Shown here: positions 29,029 through 38,071 of the stretch, one piece after another
Layout of the letters: each line of letters opens with the position of its first letter
Position numbering within the stretch: the stretch's first letter is position 1
Assembly: GCA_964450845.1 (NCBI GenBank)
Contig: CAYVGZ010000003.1
Location: 1 to 52,826 of the forward strand
Direction: 5' to 3'
Source: an uncultured Candidatus Bathyarchaeia archaeon
GTDB taxonomy: Archaea; Thermoproteota; Bathyarchaeia; Bathyarchaeales; Bathycorpusculaceae
Length of the DNA stretch: 52,826 bases
Notes under the pieces: model-generated
Databases searched by the model: none
What the model saw: only the letters and a program-made list of their open reading frames with translations
What the model was told of the DNA's origin: nothing
Made by a program: the position numbers and the translations under genes

Positions 29029-29158
29029 ATTTTTGGTGAAAATGGGTTAAATAACAATAGAGTTTATATAGTAAGTTAAGGATAACTGAACACTACTTAA
29101 GGCGGTAAGCACTACGACAAACACTCACGCTCCTTGCATAACAGATCCAGATACTGAA

Positions 29159-29947
29159 GTGAAACTAGGGAATTTACGTCTAAGTTTTACAAACGATTTT
29201 TATGGTCTCGTAGAAGGAAACCTAAACATCACGTCTGAAGTCGGCGTGATTCTTCCAACCTATTGCGAAGCCGCAAACATCGAAAAACTAATCACCGAAA
29301 TTGAAAGCCTAAATCTCCGTTTATCCATTTTGGTTATAGACGATTCTAGCTCTGACGCTACAATTGATATTGTACGAAAGCTCCAGATGAAATTCCCAAA
29401 TATTCTTCTCTTGGTAAGGCCTCAAAAATTGGGACTTGGAACAGCAATAACAGATGGTTTCAAAATCTTTTTGTCCTTAAAAAAACCACCCGAATATATA
29501 ATTACGATGGATGCTGATTATTCCCATAACCCTAAAGACCTCCCACGTCTTATAACGCCCTTGAAAAACGGCTTCGACCTGATTATTGGAAGCAGATATT
29601 GCGAAGATGGCGGAACTTTAAATTGGGGTGTTGTGCGTCTGGCAATTAGCAAAGTAGCAAATTTTATGGCTTCCAGCCTTATAGGGGAAAAGATACATGA
29701 CTACACGAGTGGATTGCGTTGTTACTCGTCAAGGCTTGTTCGAAACATCATTACCGACTTGCACAGCGAAACCTACGAAATACAAATAGAAACAATTAGA
29801 CAAGCACATTTACGTAGACGCAAGATAGGGGAAGTTCCGATAACCTTTGCAAATAGGAAAAAAGGAAAATCCAAGCTTAGCTTCAACGAAATAACGCAAT
29901 TTCTTTCATACATATTCTTCAAGGCAATATTAGAATACCAACATTGA
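29159..29947 (+). CDS. Polyprenol/dolichol-phosphate glycosyltransferase (Dpm1-like GT2)
   Basis: LPTYCE, IDDSSSD, GLGTA, MDADYSHNP, IGSRY, DYTSGLR and EVPITFANRKKGKSK. Confidence 0.88.
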   Translation: MKLGNLRLSFTNDFYGLVEGNLNITSEVGVILPTYCEAANIEKLITEIESLNLRLSILVIDDSSSDATIDIVRKLQMKFPNILLLVRPQKLGLGTAITDGFKIFLSLKKPPEYIITMDADYSHNPKDLPRLITPLKNGFDLIIGSRYCEDGGTLNWGVVRLAISKVANFMASSLIGEKIHDYTSGLRCYSSRLVRNIITDLHSETYEIQIETIRQAHLRRRKIGEVPITFANRKKGKSKLSFNEITQFLSYIFFKAILEYQH

Positions 29948-30017
29948 GTTTGCAGAAAGCCACTGCAAAAAGCTTAGACAAATCTTGTGACAATAATTTC
30001 ACTAAAAATGTTTTCCG

Positions 30018-31121
30018 CTACGTGCAAACATTACTTAACAGATCAAACCATTCATTACCAATTTTGTCAACATCAAATCTCAAAGCACTAGGCCTGCAGG
30101 CTCGTCGGAAATTTTTTGGATATTTCTTCCTCCAGATTTTGGATGCAAGTTTTATGAGTTCAGCAGCATCATTTGCAAGCCATCCTGTCTCTCCATTAGC
30201 TATTGTTTCTTTTGGTCCCTGCTTGTTGAAAGTTAACACAGGCGTTCCACAAGCCAAGCTTTCGATGGGGATGTAGCCAAATGGCTCGTCTGTGAAAGGG
30301 TATAAAGTGAAGAGGGCATCAGAATAAAGCTCTATTAATTTTTCATTTTCTATTCTTCCTAAGAACTCAAGATTCTTGTGCACACGTATTCTCTTGGGAA
30401 TCATCGAGAGTTTGCCACCAAATGCCTTAATCTTTACACCTTTATCTAAAATCTGCTCTACCAGCTCAAAAATGGTTTCTTTGCCAAAATATGTTAGAAC
30501 AAAATCCTCTGATGGAGTGGTCGACGTTGGTCTGAATTGCTTGCAGTCCAGAGGCGGATAAATCACGTGCTCGGCTCGCACAGCGAATCTCCTGTAGACT
30601 GAAGCTAAGTATCTGGAGTTAGCCACAACGCAAGTAGAGCAATAGGCCATTTTCCTTGTGAAGCGCATGTCAAGCGTCTTAAGGATACGCGAAAGGAACT
30701 TGTAAACCACTTTATATTGCAATGGAAGGTTGCTTTTCATGTTGTCCAAAGTGACAGTTGGCGGTCCTTGCGCATACCAAACACTTGCTGGAAAAGCTAA
30801 AGTGTTAGAGAAATTCAATATGACACCGTCTAAGGTTGATACGCCCTTAGAGTTAATTGAGAATGAAGCTTCTCTAAGCCACTCTTCCATCCAAGCTATG
30901 GATTCATCCTTTTTCAAAATCGGCCCCTTCTCGAGGTTGACTGTTTGAATTCCCATTGAACCCAGTTTTCTTTGTAGTTCTGGTGAAATGATAGTAGAAA
31001 CCATTGTTACCCTCTTGCCGCTTTCTATAAACTTGTTTGCAAGGAGAATTGCTGGTCGGAGAGGACCGTATTCGCTTAGTAATGGGTCACAAATGATTGT
31101 AATGTCTTGGTCGTCCAGCAT
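30018..31121 (-). CDS. GT4 family glycosyltransferase
   Basis: VANSRY, IYPPLD and EPFGYIPIESLACGTPV (EX7E) motif. Confidence 0.9.
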   Translation of the reverse strand: MLDDQDITIICDPLLSEYGPLRPAILLANKFIESGKRVTMVSTIISPELQRKLGSMGIQTVNLEKGPILKKDESIAWMEEWLREASFSINSKGVSTLDGVILNFSNTLAFPASVWYAQGPPTVTLDNMKSNLPLQYKVVYKFLSRILKTLDMRFTRKMAYCSTCVVANSRYLASVYRRFAVRAEHVIYPPLDCKQFRPTSTTPSEDFVLTYFGKETIFELVEQILDKGVKIKAFGGKLSMIPKRIRVHKNLEFLGRIENEKLIELYSDALFTLYPFTDEPFGYIPIESLACGTPVLTFNKQGPKETIANGETGWLANDAAELIKLASKIWRKKYPKNFRRACRPSALRFDVDKIGNEWFDLLSNVCT

Positions 31122-31194
31122 TATGGTTCATCTCTACTCAATTCTCAGGTAAGCTTTTAATTCTTTCTTATTTCTATAACTACGGAGGATCAAC

Positions 31195-32784
31195 ATGGGG
31201 ATGAGTGTAATAAGCAAATTGAGGCGGCATCCATTCCTTTTCTTATGTGTGAGTATTCTGGTGTACATAGCAGTCTTTTCATACGTGAGTGTTTTGAAGC
31301 ATCGTGCTTTCGAGTCTTCAGCTTGGGATTTAGGGATTTACGAACAGGTAATTTGGTCGACCACAAATACGGGAAGAATCTTCTGGTATACTGCTGAGAT
31401 CTTGATAGTCCCCTCATGTAATTTTTTCGGGGTACATTTCTCCCCAATTCTCTTTCTAGTTGTTCCCATATATGCATTCTATCAATCAACTGAGACGCTG
31501 CTGATCCTGCAGTCTTTAGTTCTGGCCCTGGCGGCGATTCCTCTCTACAGACTTGTCCTTCTTGAGAGCGAGAGTGCTAAACAAGCCCTAGCGTTTAGCT
31601 TAATCTACCTTGCATATCCCCCAATCTCTAGTATGAACATAAACGATTTTCATGTTCAAGCGTTTTTGCCCCTTTTCTTCTTCTTTGCATTTTACTATTT
31701 TAGAAAAGGGGAATGGGTCAAATACTTCTTGTTTGTTGTTCTTGCATTGATGGTAATAGAAATTGTTCCGTTGATAGTCGTCTTCTTCGGCCTTTATGGT
31801 CTATGGATAAATAGGAAAAAACTCTCACACATATCTGATGCTTTTTATCTCAAGCGGCTTTCAGCCAGCAAGAGTATGATCTGTTCGATTGTCACTATAG
31901 CTCTAGGCGTTGCTTGGTTCGTGCTTGCAAAAACAGTAATTTCTGCCGTAAACCCTGCTGCCCAGCCGAATCTGAATTGGGCGAGTTTTGGTGATCCAGT
32001 CCATGATCTTCCAGGCCTTTTGTTCAATGTATTAACCAACCCCATCAAAACCATAAATACTATTGTCACCCCGGTGGAACCAAAAGCGATATTTCTCTTT
32101 GGTTTGTTCGCACCGTTGGCTTTTCTATCGTTTCTGTCTCCACCATCACTCCTCATTGGTGCTCCATGGTTTATAATTGCCTTCTTATCCAATTATTCGA
32201 CATATTACTATGCGCTTGCTCATCAATACGTAGCCTTTGTTGCACCGTTCATATTTATATCTGCAATTTATGGTTTTAAACGTCTAGGGGTTATCACGAA
32301 TTATCTTGTTTCCAGTGGACGATTCCAAAGTGTTTTCAGCAAGATCACCAAATTTCAGTACGGGAAAGCAATGCTGATAATATGCCTCTTCTTTGTCATT
32401 GCGTCCTCATACATTGTAATCTTAGACATTCACGCAAGTCTTCCTGTTGTCACAAAACATGATGAGGCTCTGGAAGTTTTCGTCAGCCTCATTCCTTCAA
32501 ACGCTTCTGTTTTAACTCAGAATGACCTTCTCCCACACGTAAGCAGAAGACTGTATGTTTATGCTCCTTCCTGCAACTCGACAGGGAATCTTCCTGCTGA
32601 TATTACATTCGAATACATCTTTGTGGATGTCACATCAGGGTGGTATACGTCTTCTCTTGACAACTTGGTCAGTAATGTGATATTGGAAGGTTCCTTCGGA
32701 ATTCAATATGCTTCTGACGGTATTTTGCTCCTTAAGAAAGGTTATATAGGTGAGACTATTGACCCAACCGGAAAGGGCTATTAG
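31195..32784 (+). CDS. DUF2079-like multi-pass membrane protein (predicted GT-C-type glycosyltransferase)
   Basis: AWDLGIYEQ, FFGVHFSPI, DFHVQAF and HQY motifs; ~10-12 hydrophobic segments; C-terminal soluble domain. Confidence 0.75.
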   Translation: MGMSVISKLRRHPFLFLCVSILVYIAVFSYVSVLKHRAFESSAWDLGIYEQVIWSTTNTGRIFWYTAEILIVPSCNFFGVHFSPILFLVVPIYAFYQSTETLLILQSLVLALAAIPLYRLVLLESESAKQALAFSLIYLAYPPISSMNINDFHVQAFLPLFFFFAFYYFRKGEWVKYFLFVVLALMVIEIVPLIVVFFGLYGLWINRKKLSHISDAFYLKRLSASKSMICSIVTIALGVAWFVLAKTVISAVNPAAQPNLNWASFGDPVHDLPGLLFNVLTNPIKTINTIVTPVEPKAIFLFGLFAPLAFLSFLSPPSLLIGAPWFIIAFLSNYSTYYYALAHQYVAFVAPFIFISAIYGFKRLGVITNYLVSSGRFQSVFSKITKFQYGKAMLIICLFFVIASSYIVILDIHASLPVVTKHDEALEVFVSLIPSNASVLTQNDLLPHVSRRLYVYAPSCNSTGNLPADITFEYIFVDVTSGWYTSSLDNLVSNVILEGSFGIQYASDGILLLKKGYIGETIDPTGKGY

Positions 32785-32865
32785 CTTACATCGTCGAACA
32801 ATAATAATGCGACCTAGCATTGAGAAGGAGTGTGACTATAAAAAAACTATTGAGGTAATTGTAGA

Positions 32866-33750
32866 TTGAATTTAAAAGTTTCCTTGGTAATACCCACCTA
32901 CAAACGCCAAGCGGACCTGCATGAATGTCTGCGTTCAGTTTTTGATCTACACTTTCCCCCTGATGAAGTGATAGTTGTAGATAGCAACTCAATGGACGGA
33001 ACAGAGGAACTTAAGAATTCTTTCCCCATAAAATTTTTTTCGATTAAGGAAAGATCGCGCGAGCGCGCGCTAAACCTCGGCATCTCCTCCGCGAGCGGTG
33101 AAATAGTGGCCTTTTTGGATGATGATGTTGTTGTCTGCAAGGAATGGCTAGATGAGATTGTGGAACCATACGCAAATGGTAATGTTGGTGGAGTTGGTGG
33201 ACGAGTAATTCCGTATGGTAGATCAAAGGGCTTTCATGTGCCAATAGGGAGAAGTGATGTAGGCAAAGTATTCCCCAATGGACTTGTCATAGGAAACTTT
33301 GACCTCCCCTTACAGCGCCAGATTAAGGTTGATTCTTTCATTGGCTGTAATATGTCTTTTAGAAGAGAATTGTTGTCGAAAATCGGTGGATTTGATGAAA
33401 ACTATACTGAATATTGTTATAGAGACGAGACGGATCTTTGCATTCGTATCCGCAGACTTGGATACATGCTAATATATAATCCGAAAGCAATAGTTTGGCA
33501 TAAGTACAAAGGCAAGGACTTTAATCAATGGTCATATTGGTACGTTCGAAACAATGTCTATTTCTACTTCAAAAATCTTTTTGCTCAGAATAGACTCGGT
33601 TTTCCCATGTTTCTATATTCCATGTTCATGCCTCCCAGAGAATACGTCTTGAAATCTGGCATAAAGATTAAGGTTGAACCCACACTACTGTTAAACATAA
33701 TAAAAGGATTTTATGATGGCTATGAAACTTGGAAGTCATATGCAAATTGA
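32866..33750 (+). CDS. GT2 family glycosyltransferase
   Basis: VIPTYKR, VVDSNS, AFLDDD, GCNMSFRR, GGFDE and ETDLC. Confidence 0.92.
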   Translation: MNLKVSLVIPTYKRQADLHECLRSVFDLHFPPDEVIVVDSNSMDGTEELKNSFPIKFFSIKERSRERALNLGISSASGEIVAFLDDDVVVCKEWLDEIVEPYANGNVGGVGGRVIPYGRSKGFHVPIGRSDVGKVFPNGLVIGNFDLPLQRQIKVDSFIGCNMSFRRELLSKIGGFDENYTEYCYRDETDLCIRIRRLGYMLIYNPKAIVWHKYKGKDFNQWSYWYVRNNVYFYFKNLFAQNRLGFPMFLYSMFMPPREYVLKSGIKIKVEPTLLLNIIKGFYDGYETWKSYAN

Positions 33751-34158
33751 ATAATCAAATGTCTATGCATCGCCTAAATGTCTAAGAATGTGAACGCCAA
33801 TGAATTTACGGCAATTTTTCGGAGGCTTTCTACTGAATATTCTCGCGAACCTGATGGTGTGTCTGCCTAATCGTGCATAGAAAGAAGATAGTTCTGATTC
33901 AGATTCTAAAGAAGAGAACATGTGACACGCACACAAGTGGTTGCGTTTTGGTCCACAAATGAACTGGCTATCCTGTTGAAAAACAGCTTCGACTAGCGTA
34001 CATCTGCGTTCCCAATCGCTGAATTGTACACACTAACCTCAGGACGTAACTCTTGAACGGGTACAATCCGGCAACCTCAATCATTACTTATTCGAGAAAT
34101 TAACAGAAAACATTCAAGGGACTGTCGCGTTTAACTTTCTCACAGTCAAGATCCGAAC

Positions 34159-35136
34159 TTACGATCCGACGATTCCCTCATTTTTTGTAATGTGTCGATG
34201 CGACTCGCACTCTAATGTCCATCTGATCGTGCGTCTAATCGCTTCTTCTGAGGATATCTTCTGTCTCCAGCCTAGTTTCTTTATTTTGTCTAACGAAAGT
34301 TCGACAACAGGAATGTCTCCGACCCAGCCTCTTGGACCACCAGCGTAATTCCTCTTCACGTTTTTCAAGCCCATTTCTTCAATTACCATGTCAGCAATTT
34401 TGTCCACTGATGTTTGCTCTTCAGCACTTAGGTTGAAGATGTTGACCTTCGATGAGGCTTTTTTGTATCCAATCATCATTCCGTTAACGCAATCTTCGAC
34501 ATGTAGATATTCCTTGTTTTGCTTGCCGTCTCCCAGAATCTCTAGTTCTGATGGATTCTCAAGTAATTTATGTACTAAATCCCAAATGACGCCGTTTCTC
34601 CGTCTCTCTCCGACAACATTTCCGAGCCTGAACGCCCAGAATTTGATTAGAGTGAATTGTGTAAAAGCCTCAGCGTAGGCTTCGCAAGCCAGTTTTGAGG
34701 CGCCGTACAGAGATGTCTGGGAGGAGAAAAAGTCTTCAGGCGTCGGCTTAACCGTTGCTTCACCGTACACTGCTGACGTAGAGGCGAACACCAAGTCTTG
34801 AATCCCATTTCTACACATAGCCTCTAAGACGTTAAGCGTTCCGATCAGATTATTATCCAAATCAACTCTGTGATCGGCGAAGCTTTCTCTAATGTTTGCG
34901 TGGGCAGCTATATGAAATGCAACATCATGCCCAGCGAAGATGCGGTTAAGCTTGTCCCCGTCTCTGATGTCAGCTTTTTTAACAGTGAGACAAGAGTTAT
35001 TGGAATGTTGTTTGAGGTTCTCCAAATAACCACGCGACATGTTATCAACAACAGTTACAACGTATCCTTCTCCAAGTAATAGGTCAACTAGGTAGCTTCC
35101 GATAAAGCCCGCCCCACCTGTTACTACTGCCCTCAC
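34159..35136 (-). CDS. NAD-dependent nucleotide-sugar epimerase/dehydratase (extended SDR)
   Basis: TGGAGFIG, ASTSAVYG and YGASK catalytic motif. Confidence 0.92.
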   Translation of the reverse strand: MRAVVTGGAGFIGSYLVDLLLGEGYVVTVVDNMSRGYLENLKQHSNNSCLTVKKADIRDGDKLNRIFAGHDVAFHIAAHANIRESFADHRVDLDNNLIGTLNVLEAMCRNGIQDLVFASTSAVYGEATVKPTPEDFFSSQTSLYGASKLACEAYAEAFTQFTLIKFWAFRLGNVVGERRRNGVIWDLVHKLLENPSELEILGDGKQNKEYLHVEDCVNGMMIGYKKASSKVNIFNLSAEEQTSVDKIADMVIEEMGLKNVKRNYAGGPRGWVGDIPVVELSLDKIKKLGWRQKISSEEAIRRTIRWTLECESHRHITKNEGIVGS

Positions 35137-35225
35137 ACGTTGTCAGCCTCTTTCTAAGCTACATGTTTTTCTTTCATTCGTCCTATGGCTCTTTTGGTCT
35201 TCTTAACTCTTTAGGGAAAGGTGTC

Positions 35226-35984
35226 TCACTTTGCTGATTGATGTGTGCGAAAGAATTCGTTGGTAGTCCTGTACGAGTCTATTGTTCCTATGTCCCATAA
35301 ATATTCTTTGAGCATGAAGCCAAACACGGGCTCCTGTTTATAGAGCCATTCGATAAATCTTCCAGGCTCATCAGTCGCTAGTTCCAATTGTAAGTATTCA
35401 CCAAGTCTTCTGTTTATTCCCGCAGGAAAAGCGTAGAGACAGGCACCTACGAGGGTTGTTTTTGGGTGTAGAGGCTTTTCTTTGAATTCAAGTATTCTTC
35501 CATCTTTATCCACCTTGACCATGGAACCCTTTCTTGTTTCGGCCAGACTCCTAGCATGGTATAAGGCTACAGTTGGTGCGTACTTTTCACAGAAGAAATG
35601 GATGAAACTTCCAAGCTTGTCAGTGAATAGATTGTCGCCAGCGAGAACCAAAACATCCTCCAGGGCTGCCTTATCGACTATATTGGCCAAGGCTCTGACG
35701 GCCCCAAGCTTTTCCTGTTCAGAGGAAGACTTCTCAGGAATGAGTTCAATGTTACAGTGTTTGCTAGTTTTCAGCCACTTTTGAAACTGCAATTGAAATC
35801 TCTGGTTTGTCGACAATATAATTCTATGCATGGGGGGCTCCAGTGAAATAAGCTTCTCAACAACATAGTCAATTATGGGCCTCCCAGCTATAGGTAGCAG
35901 GGCCTTAGGCCTATCTATTGTCAGTGGCCAGAGTCTCTTGGCATACCCACCTGCAAGAACGACAGCAATCATCTGAGACTTCAC
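35226..35984 (-). CDS. Sugar-1-phosphate nucleotidyltransferase (putative HddC-like heptose-1-P guanylyltransferase)
   Basis: LAGGYAKRL..PKALLP, GDN, EKP and WDIGT; GTGA overlap with transaldolase. The HddC role is inferred from context. Confidence 0.85.
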   Translation of the reverse strand: MKSQMIAVVLAGGYAKRLWPLTIDRPKALLPIAGRPIIDYVVEKLISLEPPMHRIILSTNQRFQLQFQKWLKTSKHCNIELIPEKSSSEQEKLGAVRALANIVDKAALEDVLVLAGDNLFTDKLGSFIHFFCEKYAPTVALYHARSLAETRKGSMVKVDKDGRILEFKEKPLHPKTTLVGACLYAFPAGINRRLGEYLQLELATDEPGRFIEWLYKQEPVFGFMLKEYLWDIGTIDSYRTTNEFFRTHQSAK

Positions 35985-36664
35985 TTTTGAGATTCAGCTT
36001 TCTTGAACTCTATCCAAGCCTCATCGAATTCTCTGATCGTGTCCTCTGTTTTCTGGTGAAAAGCCATTTGCATTAAAATCTTGTAAGGTATTGTTATAAT
36101 GTGGGCTCCCGCAGCAGCTGCCTCGTTGATGTCTTCAGGTTTTCTGATGCTGCCTACGATGATCCGCGTGGAAAGGCGGTCTTCTTCTATTATACGCTTT
36201 GACTCTTGTATAACCTTTACTGGGTTGAGGCCTGAATCTCGTACGCGGTTAAAGAATATGCTGGCATATGTGGCTCCGACTTTGGCTGCCAATATGACTT
36301 GATTCGTGGTTATCAGGCAAGTCATATTTGTCTTAATTTTCTCCTTTTTTAGCATAGAGACAACTCGAAGCCCGCGGCCATCGCCAAACATCGGAACTTT
36401 AATGACGATGTTCTTTGGGTTCCAACTTGAGTACTCCTTCGCTTCTTTGACTAACTCGTCGTCGCCTTCGCGAGTTCTGGTAAGCTCAACGCTTATTGGT
36501 CCGTCTACGAGAGATAGGATTTTGTGGACTGTGTCTTTGAAGTCGACGCCTTTTTCAGCCAAAAAGATTTTCTGGTTTGTTGTGACGCCGCTGATGATGC
36601 CCCAAGGCAGTATATCCTTTATTTCTTTCACACTTGCCGTATCAAGGAATATTTCCACTATCAT
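35981..36664 (-). CDS. tal: Short (class MipB/TalC-like) transaldolase
   Basis: FLDTA, GVTTNQ, SVE, Schiff-base Lys in VIKVP, SIFFNR and GSIR. Confidence 0.85.
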   Translation of the reverse strand: MIVEIFLDTASVKEIKDILPWGIISGVTTNQKIFLAEKGVDFKDTVHKILSLVDGPISVELTRTREGDDELVKEAKEYSSWNPKNIVIKVPMFGDGRGLRVVSMLKKEKIKTNMTCLITTNQVILAAKVGATYASIFFNRVRDSGLNPVKVIQESKRIIEEDRLSTRIIVGSIRKPEDINEAAAAGAHIITIPYKILMQMAFHQKTEDTIREFDEAWIEFKKAESQK

Positions 36665-36680
36665 TCACCTCTTAGTGACT

Positions 36681-37319
36681 CTAGACGTTCGAAACGTTTT
36701 TGACATTTATCAAATCTGGTTTGACGCGGCCATTGATTTCCTTTTCGATGATTCTCGATGCGCTATACAGGTCAGCAACGATGTGGTTGGGTTTAGCACC
36801 CTCAACTTCCATGAGTCTGCAAAGATCACATTTCAGAGTGCCAATAAGGAAGGTTTGGCAGCCAACAGCCCTGCCTGCCTTAACATCTACAAGGCTGTCA
36901 CCAACCACAAAGCAGTTTTTCAGGTCCAACGCGAAATCTTTTCCAGCCCTCAAAAAAAGACCCGGCATAGGTTTCCTACAATCACAGCTAGCTCTATATT
37001 TGGCGACTTTTGCCGATGGATGATGAAAACAGTAATACTCTCCGTCTAGGTGGGCGCCCCTCTTCTCCAGTTCCCTTTTCATTTTTAGTCTTATTTCTTC
37101 AAAGGCATCGATTGTCATTTTTCCCTTTGCAATAGCAGGCTGATTCGACACAACTATTACCTTGAGATTCAAATGGTTAAAGACCATTATTGCCTCTGCC
37201 ACTCTGGGTAGTAGCTTGAATTGGTCAACGTTCAGAGGCGAGTCCAGCAACCCCAACTCCGGAAAGTAGGCAATCTCGTTTATGACCCCGTCCCTATCGA
37301 GAAAGACTGCTCTGTTCAT
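36681..37319 (-). CDS. gmhB: D,D-heptose-1,7-bisphosphate phosphatase (HAD IIIA)
   Basis: FLDRDGVIN, SNQ, CFHHP..CDCRKPMPG and GDS..D; start re-called at ATG 37319. Confidence 0.87.
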   Translation of the reverse strand: MNRAVFLDRDGVINEIAYFPELGLLDSPLNVDQFKLLPRVAEAIMVFNHLNLKVIVVSNQPAIAKGKMTIDAFEEIRLKMKRELEKRGAHLDGEYYCFHHPSAKVAKYRASCDCRKPMPGLFLRAGKDFALDLKNCFVVGDSLVDVKAGRAVGCQTFLIGTLKCDLCRLMEVEGAKPNHIVADLYSASRIIEKEINGRVKPDLINVKNVSNV

Positions 37320-37462
37320 TTGCTGTCTCCTAGTTCTGCAACTTCGCAAACATCTACAATATTGTACTTGAGTCCTTCTGAACTCAGAAATCTCTTGATA
37401 TTCTCAATAGTTTGACCAACTTTTCTGTTTTTGGTGTCCACCCATATGATGATGCGTTTCAT
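37316..37462 (-). CDS. Unannotated 48-aa protein inside the heptose operon
   Basis: MKRIIIWVDTKNRKVGQTIENIKRFLSSEGLKYNIVDVCEVAELGDSK. ATG lies 1 nt after the gmhA stop; its TGA overlaps the gmhB ATG (ATGA). Confidence 0.65.
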   Translation of the reverse strand: MKRIIIWVDTKNRKVGQTIENIKRFLSSEGLKYNIVDVCEVAELGDSK

Positions 37463-37463
37463 T

Positions 37464-38063
37464 TCATGACTCCTCTATCAACTCGCGCAGTCTAGCGCAT
37501 ATGAGATGTGATAACACGGAGTGGAAGCCTTCTACCTGTGGTGTGGAGTCAACGGGCACCACTATGCAAGCATCGGCTATCTGTTTGAGGGCTCCTCCGT
37601 CGAAACCAGTCAAACCAATAACCTTGCCGCCATTTTCTTTCACAAACTTGGCCGCCTTCATAAGGTTCTGAGACCACAGACCAGCCGCGTCCGCTCCGGA
37701 GCCTCCATGAACACTTATAACCACGAAAACATCTCCTTCTTGCATTAGATTTTTGAGTTGTTCTACGTAAACATTTTCCCAGCCTAAATCATTTGTGAGC
37801 GCCGAAACCAAGGGCCAATTATCCACCAGAGAAATGGCTCTGAATCTTTTCTTGCCTTCAATAGACGTGAACTTTGCTAAGTCGCAGGCAAAATGGGTTG
37901 CCGTTGGGGCAGAGCCTCCGTTTCCTGCAAGAAAAACTTGTCTTCTTTTCTTCCAAGCCTTGTATAGAAGTTCTATTACGTTGTCGATGTCTTCTATGGA
38001 TGTACATCTAGTTATTGATTCCAATTCTTGGAGGTATTCGTTTATGAAGTCTTTGTTTTTCAT
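37464..38063 (-). CDS. gmhA: Phosphoheptose isomerase (SIS domain)
   Basis: AGNGGSA..ATHFACDL, ALTND..ENVYVEQL and PQVEGFH motifs. Confidence 0.88.
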   Translation of the reverse strand: MKNKDFINEYLQELESITRCTSIEDIDNVIELLYKAWKKRRQVFLAGNGGSAPTATHFACDLAKFTSIEGKKRFRAISLVDNWPLVSALTNDLGWENVYVEQLKNLMQEGDVFVVISVHGGSGADAAGLWSQNLMKAAKFVKENGGKVIGLTGFDGGALKQIADACIVVPVDSTPQVEGFHSVLSHLICARLRELIEES

Positions 38064-38071
38064 GAGATCAC

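Noticed and set aside
33751-34158. ~400-nt intergenic stretch in the glycosylation island with several 26-38-codon ORFs
   Set aside because: No frame gives a recognisable protein, repeat or RNA structure; possibly decayed cargo, but this is unsupported.
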